Shown here: piece after piece, positions 21,236 through 30,250 of the stretch | Position numbering within the stretch: the stretch's first letter is position 1 | Layout: each line of letters starts with the position of its first letter | Assembly: GCF_016903815.1 (NCBI RefSeq) | Contig: NZ_CP069972.1 | From: Escherichia coli | GTDB taxonomy: Bacteria; Pseudomonadota; Gammaproteobacteria; Enterobacterales; Enterobacteriaceae | Strand: one strand, 5' to 3' | DNA: 64,000 bases | The notes under the pieces: generated by a model | What the model saw: the letters and a program-made list of their open reading frames with translations, nothing else | Told to the model about the DNA's origin: nothing | Databases searched by the model: none | Translations under genes and position numbers: made by a program

Positions 21236-23473
21236 ATGTCGCCATCCCCCTTAATTAAATCCTGTGTGGCCTTTGCCCATACGCAATTCTATTCCGGAGT
21301 TACTGTGAAAATTTTACTTCGCGCACTCTGTGCAGGCCTTGCTATATCCTCACTGCCGGCAATGGCTTCAGTGACCTATCAGGATATTGTGTCTGCCGCA
21401 ACCAATCCTGACGATCTGTCTCGCCAGGCGCTGGTCACGATATTCGGTGATGTAGTCACCAATCCACTGTCAACCAGCGCCCCCACTCTGATCGGAAGCA
21501 TGTTCGGGGCGTTCAACAGTATCATCGCCGTACTTGCCGTTGTCTGGTTTATGTTCATTGGTATCCGTCATGTTGTGCGTTCGGGGCATCAGGGACAGGT
21601 ATTCAGCACCGGACGCGATATCGTCGGCACACTGAGTGTCGTTGCAGGTTTTCTGATGATCGTTCCAACCGGAAATGGCTGGAGTATCGCTCAGCTCATT
21701 ATGTTATGGGGCGCATCGATAATGGGGGTTGGGTCCGCCAATGTGATGGTGCAACTTGCCGCTGATAATATCGCAAATGGTTATTCAATGACTGTACAGC
21801 CAGTTCAGGCATCCACACGAACAGCAGCGCGTGGCATTTTTGAAATGGAACTGTGTAAGTATGCGGTTAACGCAGGACTAAATGATTTTAATCAGACGGT
21901 CAAATCCTCGACTTCACTGATGACAGAATCAGCTAAAACCGCCAGTGGTAATTACACTGTCACGGTATCCAATGGCAGCGGTATCTGTGGTTCAGCCAGC
22001 CTGTCAGTAGAAGGAAACGGAACAACAGATCAATCGACGATTGGAAAATTCTTTAATCCCTTCAGTAAAAACGAATACAGCGGTGTTATCTCAGCACAAC
22101 GTGCAGCCATGGATAATATGATTAGCGACATGGACAACGCTGCCAGTGAGTTTGTGACAACATTTCTGGAAAAAAGAAATTCTGGCAACGGAACATTGCC
22201 GGATATCGAGACACGGATTCAGAGAGCAGCCGATGAGTATGAACGCGCTGTACAAAAATCGCTACCTATTGATAACGGAGAACAATCCAGGAAAGAAGCT
22301 CTCAAGTCTTATCTCACAACCTATGGATGGGTGACGCTTGGCGCGTGGTATCAGACCTTTGCCACTGCTAACCAGCGTCTGGCAGAGCTGGCTGACAGAG
22401 CTCCAGCTGTAACTTCAATGTCATCACTTGGGGAAGTTGGCGATACTGATTTATTTAGTGCTGTTATGGGGGCATACAAGACTCAATTACAGAACTCCAC
22501 ATATACTCCAACGATAGGAACGATAACAACTCAAGATGAAAGTAATGCAGCTAATAGCACAGACCCACAAAGTGTGGTCATGAAAAGTATAGCGCCAACC
22601 ATATTAAAATGGACAAACCAAGCTGCTACTGAATGGTCAGGAACAGGAACAACCAGCAACCAAGTTAACCCATTAATTAAGATGAAAAACATCGGCGATT
22701 ATACATTGGGTACAACAGAAATTCTCTGGACAGGATATACAACTGTCAGAGTTCTCGCGACAATGGGTGATAACTCTATTTTCGGAAAGGCTGTTAATTT
22801 GTTCTCTGGATTACCTAAAGGATTTGTTGCTCTGCTGGATGCTGCAGCTCCCCCAATATATTTCTTGTTGTTCCTGTTGTTTTGTGCGGGTTTTTCCTTA
22901 TCAATTTACCTACCATTTATACCATTCATTTTCTGGATGACAGGCATTGGGAACTGGATAGTAAGCGTATTAATAGGATGCACCGCCGGGCCTCTGTGGG
23001 CAGCAACACATCTAGGAACATCAGAGGACAGAGGAAGTCGAGCAGCTTACGGATATATATACTTAATTGACAGCATGATAAGACCACCTCTCATGGTATT
23101 CGGTTTCTTTTTTGCCTCTGTCGCCATCATTGCCGTCGGCACAATATTAAACTCACTGTTTGGCGCAGCACTAGTTAACGTACAGGTAAAATCATTAACA
23201 GGGATATTCAGCCTTGCCGGGTTCCTGCTAATTTACGCCCGTATGTGTACAACGTCTGTAGCTGCAATATTTGCTTTACAAGCATATCTTCCTGACCATG
23301 TTATCAATTTCTTGGGTGGTAGAGATGGTGTAAATACTCTTGGCAACCTCACCTCATCAGTAAAAGATATTTTTGCAGGTTCTAATAGAAATATTAGACA
23401 CAGCCCTGGAGTTAGAGAGGACAGACTAAAAAATGTCACAAAGGATGATAATAAAGATGGAATAAAAGGATAA
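21236..23473 (+). CDS. traY: TraY, DotA-like polytopic inner-membrane T4BSS protein (745 aa)
   Basis: Many TM helices at both ends with large soluble middle; 745 aa equals recalled R64 TraY length. Confidence 0.7.
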   Translation: MSPSPLIKSCVAFAHTQFYSGVTVKILLRALCAGLAISSLPAMASVTYQDIVSAATNPDDLSRQALVTIFGDVVTNPLSTSAPTLIGSMFGAFNSIIAVLAVVWFMFIGIRHVVRSGHQGQVFSTGRDIVGTLSVVAGFLMIVPTGNGWSIAQLIMLWGASIMGVGSANVMVQLAADNIANGYSMTVQPVQASTRTAARGIFEMELCKYAVNAGLNDFNQTVKSSTSLMTESAKTASGNYTVTVSNGSGICGSASLSVEGNGTTDQSTIGKFFNPFSKNEYSGVISAQRAAMDNMISDMDNAASEFVTTFLEKRNSGNGTLPDIETRIQRAADEYERAVQKSLPIDNGEQSRKEALKSYLTTYGWVTLGAWYQTFATANQRLAELADRAPAVTSMSSLGEVGDTDLFSAVMGAYKTQLQNSTYTPTIGTITTQDESNAANSTDPQSVVMKSIAPTILKWTNQAATEWSGTGTTSNQVNPLIKMKNIGDYTLGTTEILWTGYTTVRVLATMGDNSIFGKAVNLFSGLPKGFVALLDAAAPPIYFLLFLLFCAGFSLSIYLPFIPFIFWMTGIGNWIVSVLIGCTAGPLWAATHLGTSEDRGSRAAYGYIYLIDSMIRPPLMVFGFFFASVAIIAVGTILNSLFGAALVNVQVKSLTGIFSLAGFLLIYARMCTTSVAAIFALQAYLPDHVINFLGGRDGVNTLGNLTSSVKDIFAGSNRNIRHSPGVREDRLKNVTKDDNKDGIKG

Positions 23474-23522
23474 TTTTAATAAAACAACCTTGCCATAAAC
23501 ACTCAATCGCATTAAAATATCG

Positions 23523-24197
23523 ATGAGTGTTTATGGAGGGTTTATTATGCAAATGGTAAAAACAATCAATAGATATCCTGCTTGGTGGACATTATATTAC
23601 GCCCTTAGATTTATATATTTCATAAGCATACCAGTGTTATCCATTTTTATTCTTTTCGGCGTGCTCTCCATTACATCTTCAAGATATGTGACGCAAGAAG
23701 ATTATATTTATACTTGCGTCTGTCTGTTTTTACTAATTGCCCCTGCAATATTGATGTATTCCCGAGCAAGCTCAAGAAAAGACAAAATAAAAAAAATTGT
23801 CGCGGAGATAAAAAACACCGGTTTTTATTCACCTGACAAAGAATATGAGGGACTATCTTTTACTCAGGGCGTCTATTTTGGCGTGGATACCAAAAAAGGC
23901 ACTATGCTGTATGCTCGTGCTTACCCTGGAAATATAATGGATATTATCGGCTTTGACATTGACAACTTCACACGCACTGTGACCGACGCCAAGACACTAG
24001 AGATTTATACAAAATACATAAATATACCAATGGTCTCAATTCCGTCAGGATGCATCCATCCCAAAATGATGGCGGATACAATGCATGCAATGGCAGAAAG
24101 AGGATATGATTACCCTGTCGACTTTCCTCGCCTAATTCAGGAGAAGCGTAAGGAGTGGGAGCAGATTGCAGGCATGCCTGTAGCCGAAGTATTTTAA
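23523..24197 (+). CDS. excA: Entry-exclusion protein ExcA-like, inner membrane (224 aa; alternative start 23544)
   Basis: Immediately after traY; two N-terminal TM helices; AT-rich relative to tra genes; assigned by synteny. Confidence 0.5.
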   Translation: MSVYGGFIMQMVKTINRYPAWWTLYYALRFIYFISIPVLSIFILFGVLSITSSRYVTQEDYIYTCVCLFLLIAPAILMYSRASSRKDKIKKIVAEIKNTGFYSPDKEYEGLSFTQGVYFGVDTKKGTMLYARAYPGNIMDIIGFDIDNFTRTVTDAKTLEIYTKYINIPMVSIPSGCIHPKMMADTMHAMAERGYDYPVDFPRLIQEKRKEWEQIAGMPVAEVF

Positions 24198-24216
24198 GAT
24201 AAGCTCCCTCCATAAC

Positions 24217-24243
24217 AGCCGGTTCAAATGAGCCGGCTTTTGT
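24217..24243 (+). terminator. Rho-independent terminator after excA
   Basis: AGCCGG-loop-CCGGCT hairpin followed by TTTT. Confidence 0.45.
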
Positions 24244-24869
24244 TCATTACAACAGATAACTTATGCCGTTACCGATAAATTCGACCAAGTGCTTTAATCG
24301 CAGCAATTTTTATTTCCATATCATCACTTTGACTCAATCTATGTAATTCACGAGTAATGTTCTCCGCCTGACACCGGCCTTCACCTAATGCATAGATCGC
24401 AGCAAGTGTAACGTCTTTTGATTTACTCTTCATCATTTCAAACAAGAAAGTATTAGCTATCGCAGGAGGCATGCTCATAATCAATCCTCTTCATGAAATA
24501 AACAATGGCACTCACTTACAAACAGGAGTCCACTATCGCAAGCGACTCAACTTAGCAATATCTCTCAATTTGAATGAAAAAAACAGATGGCATGTGACAG
24601 GGAACCGTCCGCATGATGTCCGTGACCATTTAACCCCATAAGCTAACCTTGTCACAAACGGGCGCAGAACAGCCTGCCAGACAGACAACAAAACAAAAGT
24701 CCAAGATAAAACATGAATACCGGTATCTCAATGCGAAGAAATAATCTCCGTAGAAACCCCCATGAGAAAAATATCATATGGGAGAAAATCGCAATTATCA
24801 CAGCCAGCGCATTCATTACTTTCGCTGTGTTCTGGCATTAATTATTTTCAACACAAAAAGGAAAAAACA

Positions 24870-25046
24870 ATGAATCTGGTAGACGCCTTTGTCAAAAAAG
24901 TAATATCCGGTCCATATGAAGAATATGGAAAATGGTGGATAGATGTCGAATACATTTCATGGGGTGTTCCCGGGAAAACAAGACTGATGTTTGACTCAAA
25001 GGAGCAGGCACTGGAAGTTAAGGAAGGGTACAAATTTTTAACGTGA
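24870..25046 (+). CDS. Hypothetical small protein (58 aa)
   Basis: A-rich RBS-like stretch before ATG 24870 (inside track ORF 24762..25046); followed by hairpin 25061-25095. Confidence 0.3.
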   Translation: MNLVDAFVKKVISGPYEEYGKWWIDVEYISWGVPGKTRLMFDSKEQALEVKEGYKFLT

Positions 25047-25060
25047 GATCTCTTTTTGTT

Positions 25061-25095
25061 AAAGGGCAGGAAGCGGTAACTCCCTGCCCTTAGTT
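25061..25095 (+). terminator. Terminator-like hairpin
   Basis: AGGGCAGG ... CCTGCCCT perfect 8-bp stem. Confidence 0.4.
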
Positions 25096-25130
25096 ACGTT
25101 TCCAGGCTTATCAGTCGACAAGTTCCCGGA

Positions 25131-25205
25131 TCAGTTCCAGAACAGCAATCAGCGCGTTTGCAACGGCAACTACTGCCCTGAGAACGATGATTAACAGATT
25201 AATCA
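25131..25205 (-). CDS. Candidate type I toxin-like hydrophobic peptide (24 aa, MINLLIIVLRAVVAVANALIAVWN)
   Basis: Not in ORF track (<60 aa); GGAG 8 nt upstream of ATG; almost entirely hydrophobic; sits beside repeated sRNA-like elements. Confidence 0.35.
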
Positions 25206-25277
25206 TCCGCTTCTCCATCACTGGAGGAAATCACCGTTGCTTACTCTTACATTGCCTGTCACAACGGCACTTTCAGT

Positions 25278-25301
25278 GTTAGTTGAAAAGAGACTTCCTC
25301 C
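25278..25301 (+). repeat. Copy 1 of ~24-bp repeat GTTAGTTGAAAAGAGAYTTCCTCC
   Basis: Near-identical to 25465-25488. Confidence 0.6.
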
Positions 25302-25464
25302 TGCCAGAGCACTGAACACAGCACCACCTGTTTGTTCAGCCAGGACTTAAAATCTTGCATCCATAGTCCCGATGGATATCACGGCAGAAGTGTCGCCAGA
25401 CAGAGCTAACCTGCGGATTATAAGGATGGTTGCTATCAAATGAACAGCTCGCTATTATAAGAAC

Positions 25465-25551
25465 GTTAGTTGAAAAGAGATTTCCTCCGGTCAGGGCCAC
25501 CCACTCTGTAACGGAACAGTAAAAAAACCGACCTCACCAGTCGGTTTTTTT
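25465..25551 (+). ncRNA. Candidate ~85-nt small RNA (repeat copy 2 plus terminator)
   Basis: TATTAT -10-like box just upstream; repeat core then strong terminator 25521-25551. Confidence 0.3.
25521..25551. terminator. Bidirectional Rho-independent terminator
   Basis: A7-AACCGAC-loop-GTCGGTT-T7. Confidence 0.65.
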
Positions 25552-25704
25552 ACATCTGTTGTTTCTCAAAATCCGTCCGACATGCCCGTCACACCGGGGA
25601 AACTCATGCTCTGAATCAGAACCAACCATCTCAACTTTGCCGTCTCCTGAAAAAACTGGCACATTCAGTTCGATAACTACCCATAAATACAGAGAGAAAA
25701 TCCG

Positions 25705-25956
25705 ATGTCAGAAAAGTGGAGTAAAGAATTCGACTCTTGCTTTCAGGTGGGGAGCATAGAAGAAATTGCAGATGCTCTCGAGAAACGCAGCGGAAGCGAG
25801 GAAAATGCGTTAGCCATGCTGGCAATGACAGCCTTCACACTCATGACCCGACGTGGTATCTGCGAAATGCAGAACGTGGCCCCCGATGGCAAAGGCATTC
25901 GGCTGGAGCTAATCGGCTTCAGGGAAAATGAAACAATACCGGATACGCTTCATTGA
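25705..25956 (+). CDS. Hypothetical protein (83 aa)
   Basis: Track ORF with weak GAGAG RBS; no recognisable motif. Confidence 0.3.
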   Translation: MSEKWSKEFDSCFQVGSIEEIADALEKRSGSEENALAMLAMTAFTLMTRRGICEMQNVAPDGKGIRLELIGFRENETIPDTLH

Positions 25957-26027
25957 AGAAGAAAGGGCGCAATGAGGTCAGCCTTCGCAACAAAGCGGCG
26001 GCAGAAAACCTGCCGCCGTGTTGCCCG

Positions 26028-26180
26028 TTAACGTTTAACTTCGTAGGCTAACGTTGCCACAAGCACTGTGTTTCCCTGCTGGAGCCGGAGTCCGCAAAGC
26101 GAATCCCTCACCATCCAGACAAAACACAGAATCGTCACACAGATGACGATTAACATCATTAAAAACGTTCGCTGTGGCAT
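26028..26180 (-). CDS. pndA: Hok/Gef-family type I toxin, PndA-like (50 aa)
   Basis: Not in ORF track; translation MPQRTFLMMLIVICVTILCFVWMVRDSLCGLRLQQGNTVLVATLAYEVKR with GGAGG RBS; single TM plus conserved Cys typical of Hok family; hairpin 25996-26018 downstream. Confidence 0.8.
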   Translation of the reverse strand: MPQRTFLMMLIVICVTILCFVWMVRDSLCGLRLQQGNTVLVATLAYEVKR

Positions 26181-26212
26181 CATAGCCCCTCCATTGCCTT
26201 ACGGCGGTTATC

Positions 26213-26295
26213 GGGCTACTATAATGTTGTCTAGGCATTACAGTAGAGCCCTTGGTTGATTGATAAAAAAATCTCCAGGGGCTTTCTGCTGTATA
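26213..26295 (+). ncRNA. Candidate Sok/PndB-like antisense RNA region over the toxin leader
   Basis: TATAAT-like box at 26220-26225; lies antisense to the expected mok/pndC start upstream of pndA; exact ends not determined. Confidence 0.35.
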
Positions 26296-26510
26296 CCGTC
26301 CACAAAACGCTTTCGGCATACAGCCTCAAGCGCCCGCAGCTATTCTAACGACTTTCGTATCGGTAACAATCCTTTTAACCAGCCCCACACATCTTTCGGA
26401 CATGGTGAGTACAAAAGGCTGCGCTCTCGAACATTTGACATTGAAAATGATTCAGGTGACAGCCTGAATGTAGCAGGAGTCCCCGTCCTTCTGGCATAGA
26501 AGATGTCAAC

Positions 26511-26591
26511 GGGCTACTATAATGTCGTTCACGCATTACAGTAGAGCCCTTGGTTGATTGACAAAAATCTCCAGGGGCTTTCTGCTGTATA
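26511..26591 (+). repeat. Second copy (~85% identical) of the sok-like segment
   Basis: GGGCTACTATAATG...CATTACAGTAGAGCCCTTGGTTGATTGA...TCTCCAGGGGCTTTCTGCTGTATA shared with 26213-26295. Confidence 0.6.
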
Positions 26592-26748
26592 TGGTTTAGT
26601 TAACAAAGAGAGCCAGTGTTCCACTGAGCAAAACCAGTAGCTATTCATGCTTACAATTATCTTCTCCATATCTGAAATAACTCAAACAGCCCAATAGAAA
26701 CATATTGTTACATCTAAGATCTTGAAAAGACCTCTTTGAGAAATCAAT

Positions 26749-27735
26749 ATGAGATCACGGTATGTTGATAGGATAATATATATGAAGAAACTATTGATTC
26801 GATTAATACCTGATGCAATATATGAGGCTCTGGAAAAGACAGCTCTGCATTCTGAACGCTCCCTGGAAGCACAGGCCAGATATATCCTTAGTTGCTCCGT
26901 AGATAATGAAAAACAATTAACTGGTGGTGAACGCTATCAAAGAGAAATAACCGCGCGTCTTAATCAAGCGTTATCAGAAGCTAATGAGGTCATAACAGCC
27001 ATTAATCTTGTTCCCGCAAGAATTGCAGAACAATTAGGCCATCATGACGCCATAGAATCCGAAAATTGGTTCACCGGAAATGCTGTTCCTAGCTTTACAG
27101 AGCTTGACGAATTAAGCGATATCTTTGGATGCTCTCCAGATTGGTTAAAGTTTGGCGAAAATGTACCTTATCCAAAGAGTTCTAAAGGAAGGATAAACTG
27201 GAATCGTGGCGGAGAAAAAGATATCGATGCACTTTTAGAGCCTGACAACAAAGGTCGTAAAGTCTCATCTATTCATATTTTCAGGGTAAATGAATCTGGC
27301 AATATACTAATACTGAGAGAATTTGAAAACAGCATAACTACAGATTTTTTCTCAACAAACCTTTACTTATCAGACAAAGAAAAAATAGGACAGGGCGGAT
27401 TCCACGACCTGGTCGATTTCCTTGTAATTTTACAATCCCTTTATTTAAAATATATAAATAGCAATCTGTTAGTGAAAAGCTATAACATTAGCCAATATGT
27501 ACTGGATTCCTGTTATAAGAGCGGAGAAAAGCACCCCATAACTATATGTAGTGCAGGTGAGACAAGTACCTGGTGGGAAGACATATGGCATGAAGACATG
27601 ATAGCTCAATCGAGGAATAATGAGTCCTACTTCTGGGATGGTGACAAACCTCTTATTGATAGCCTTCATAAAGAACTTCAAAAAAATAACAGATTAAAGC
27701 CAAACAGTGAGTTAGATATGCCACTAATTGGTTAA
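26749..27735 (+). CDS. Composite DNA-binding protein: N-terminal Arc/MetJ-type RHH, central XRE-like HTH, ~170-aa C-terminal domain of unknown function (328 aa; alternative start 26782)
   Basis: RHH pattern LLIRLIPDAIYEALEKTALHSERSLEAQARYIL; HTH-like ARIAEQLG...GNAVPSFTELDELSDIFGCSPDWLKFG; AT-rich. Confidence 0.55.
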   Translation: MRSRYVDRIIYMKKLLIRLIPDAIYEALEKTALHSERSLEAQARYILSCSVDNEKQLTGGERYQREITARLNQALSEANEVITAINLVPARIAEQLGHHDAIESENWFTGNAVPSFTELDELSDIFGCSPDWLKFGENVPYPKSSKGRINWNRGGEKDIDALLEPDNKGRKVSSIHIFRVNESGNILILREFENSITTDFFSTNLYLSDKEKIGQGGFHDLVDFLVILQSLYLKYINSNLLVKSYNISQYVLDSCYKSGEKHPITICSAGETSTWWEDIWHEDMIAQSRNNESYFWDGDKPLIDSLHKELQKNNRLKPNSELDMPLIG

Positions 27736-27952
27736 ACACCAATTAAAGATTATCTAGCTAAAACAACATCGTACACGCATACTGCAAAGCCCTTGGTGAG
27801 TTAATAGAAGAATTACTAAGGGCTTATAAAAAATATATACCCCCACATTGGTGACACATTAAAATATTTTTTGTTGATGTGTTACCAGCCTGACCCAAAA
27901 ACAATTTTTAATCTTTCCGTTCGATTTAAATTCCAGAAATGGAGACTTTGTC

Positions 27953-29161
27953 ATGTCTTACAATCGACAGCCTGTCGCAGAAGATCCTATGCAGATATGG
28001 GGCGCTGTTGGTGTCCTTCTTATCCTGCTGCTATTCGTCATATGGTTATTCTTGCCGGAAGTGGTTTACACCAGCTGCCTGATTCTTCATACCTTATGGG
28101 GACTGGTCGACTGGGGACCATTTCATAACTATGCAGCACCACGATACAACCTGCTTGCCATGACCGGTAACAACGCCGCCAACATAAGCTATAGCCAGTG
28201 GGTTAACGTCATGGAACAGACCATAGGTATTCTGTGGATGTACCTCTTACCTGTGACACTCTGGTGTTTGTGGGAATGGTATCAACATCCGGGACAAAGC
28301 CGTTTCACCCGCAGACCAGTAGATATTACCCGACTGCCACACATCTTTGCTTCGTTATCCCCTGCTATCGCCCCTGTACTGGCAGATGGTGATCCGAAAA
28401 AACTCTTTCATGGTGGTAAACGACCTGAACGGCGGGTTGCTCTCACCCCGGAAGCATTTGTCGAACAGCATACTCTCATCACCAATATGCAGCTCGATGT
28501 TGCAGCTGCAAGACGATGTTTCATGGCCCAGTTGGGTAAACCTTTAACGTCCTGGAAAGACATGGCACCACATGAAAAAGCGCTCTTTGCCATATTTGGC
28601 CTTCAGTATTTCCTGGATGATCGGAAGGCAGCATTAAAGCTCATGGATACACTGAACCTCTCATGCAGAATTAAAAGCAAACGGGACAGCGGGAAATTCT
28701 GTACCCCTGTTTATTCATTGGCCAAATCAGCTTTCCAGAGCGTGATTAAAAGCAACGGAGCACAGCAATGGCTGAAACAACATCGCTACGTCCGCAGTGG
28801 GCTGGTCTGGCTGTATGCACATGACCTGCGGCTTACGCCACCCAACTGGATTTGGCTGAAAGGCGTGGACAGAACGCTGTTTTATGCATTACACCGCGCC
28901 AATACCACGAAAGGATTTATTGAAGGCGCTGGCGTGGTGGCCGTTGCACGTGCAGAGGCCGAAGCCATGCGTTTTGGTCTTCCCTGCCCTGAACCCTGTG
29001 TTGATGAAGCGGTGGAAGGCTTACGGCGGGATATGCTCAGTCTCGGTCTTATCTGGGATGAACCACAACCAGATCGCGACCGGAAACGCCGCATCCTGAC
29101 CAACTGGTCCCTCACCGACGACATCCTGCCCCGCACACCTGCTACAGACAACGAATTCTGA
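27953..29161 (+). CDS. trbA: TrbA-like inner-membrane T4BSS protein (402 aa)
   Basis: GGAG RBS; N-terminal TM helices; precedes trbB/trbC; symbol by synteny. Confidence 0.6.
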   Translation: MSYNRQPVAEDPMQIWGAVGVLLILLLFVIWLFLPEVVYTSCLILHTLWGLVDWGPFHNYAAPRYNLLAMTGNNAANISYSQWVNVMEQTIGILWMYLLPVTLWCLWEWYQHPGQSRFTRRPVDITRLPHIFASLSPAIAPVLADGDPKKLFHGGKRPERRVALTPEAFVEQHTLITNMQLDVAAARRCFMAQLGKPLTSWKDMAPHEKALFAIFGLQYFLDDRKAALKLMDTLNLSCRIKSKRDSGKFCTPVYSLAKSAFQSVIKSNGAQQWLKQHRYVRSGLVWLYAHDLRLTPPNWIWLKGVDRTLFYALHRANTTKGFIEGAGVVAVARAEAEAMRFGLPCPEPCVDEAVEGLRRDMLSLGLIWDEPQPDRDRKRRILTNWSLTDDILPRTPATDNEF

Positions 29162-29179
29162 TTATCCGGAGAACTGAAA

Positions 29180-30250
29180 ATGACAATCGAGTACTTTGCA
29201 ACACGCATTGCAAAACATATTTCCGTGCAGGCAATCTGGCCGGATGGCAGGACAGAAATTATTGCCGTCCTTCCACGGGATGCCCTGTCAGGGCTGGTAA
29301 CACGAAATAATCAACTGATTCATATAGCCTTTGACGCCATGGGCACCCGTAACAGAGAAACCGTCCTGATTGATAAACAGGAGCATAACGCTGACCAGAT
29401 ACTTACAGCTATTGATTCCTGCCTGCGCCTTGAATATCTGATGGAACGCCGCTTCAGCAGAACACCTTTGTTCCGTGGCATAATCGCCAGCGTTGTGCTG
29501 TTCGTAATGGCAACGATTGGCTTCTCTCTGTTCCGCTATGTTGATCGTGTATTCTGGGATGATACAACGCCTGAAGCAGTACAGACAGCAGGTGAGCCAC
29601 GACTGCTACCCCCTCACCTGAATCACACTGTGCCATTAAATGAAGGCATTCAACTCCCGGTTCCCCCGAAAAAAGACGTCCAGGTCCCGGAGAAAACAAT
29701 CACAAGCAAAAATCCGGAAGCCGCAGCTGCGCGACATAATCTGGCTACTGTTCTGAAGCGGAACGCCGATCGGGGCATGTTTACCATCAACCTGTCATCC
29801 GGTCATGAACGAACCCTGTTCGCATTTCTCGATCCTGCCTGTCCTAACTGCAGACTTCTGGAGCCGGCCTTAAAACGCCTGGCCAGCGACTTCAATGTCG
29901 TTATCTACCCGGTTTCAGTTATTGGTGGAGAGGAATCCACCGACCGTGTGGCACCACTGCTGTGTGAAAAAGATGCTCAGAAACGTGCTGCCGGCTGGCA
30001 CCGACTGTATTCCGCAGATAACGGAATGATGACGCCATCAGAAGAAACAACGCCTGCAGATGAAACATGCCTGAAAGCAGCCAGAGCTGCGATTGATGTT
30101 AACAATGTCGCCTTCCGTAAGTTCGGATTTGCCGGTACCCCATGGGTGCTGTCCGACACCGGCTGGCATCTGCCTACAGGAATTCTGCAGGAAACTGGCA
30201 CGCTTAATTTATTCCTGAAAACCACCGACAGCGAGTCTGGCCATGAGTGA
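29180..30250 (+). CDS. trbB: TrbB, thioredoxin-fold DsbC-like disulfide isomerase (356 aa)
   Basis: CPNC active-site motif (FLDPACPNCRLLEPAL); N-terminal TM. Confidence 0.7.
   Translation: MTIEYFATRIAKHISVQAIWPDGRTEIIAVLPRDALSGLVTRNNQLIHIAFDAMGTRNRETVLIDKQEHNADQILTAIDSCLRLEYLMERRFSRTPLFRGIIASVVLFVMATIGFSLFRYVDRVFWDDTTPEAVQTAGEPRLLPPHLNHTVPLNEGIQLPVPPKKDVQVPEKTITSKNPEAAAARHNLATVLKRNADRGMFTINLSSGHERTLFAFLDPACPNCRLLEPALKRLASDFNVVIYPVSVIGGEESTDRVAPLLCEKDAQKRAAGWHRLYSADNGMMTPSEETTPADETCLKAARAAIDVNNVAFRKFGFAGTPWVLSDTGWHLPTGILQETGTLNLFLKTTDSESGHE

Noticed and set aside
25111-25205. 31-aa DinQ-like reading of the small peptide (…ALIAVLELIRELVD)
   Set aside because: I first read an extra T; re-reading gives GCTGTCTGGAACTGA, so the in-frame product is 24 aa. 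The longer peptide needs a 1-nt shift and is reported only as a possible ancestral frame.
26035-26319. 94-aa track ORF overlapping the Hok-like gene
   Set aside because: Different frame from the clearly Hok-family 50-aa ORF, and no RBS.
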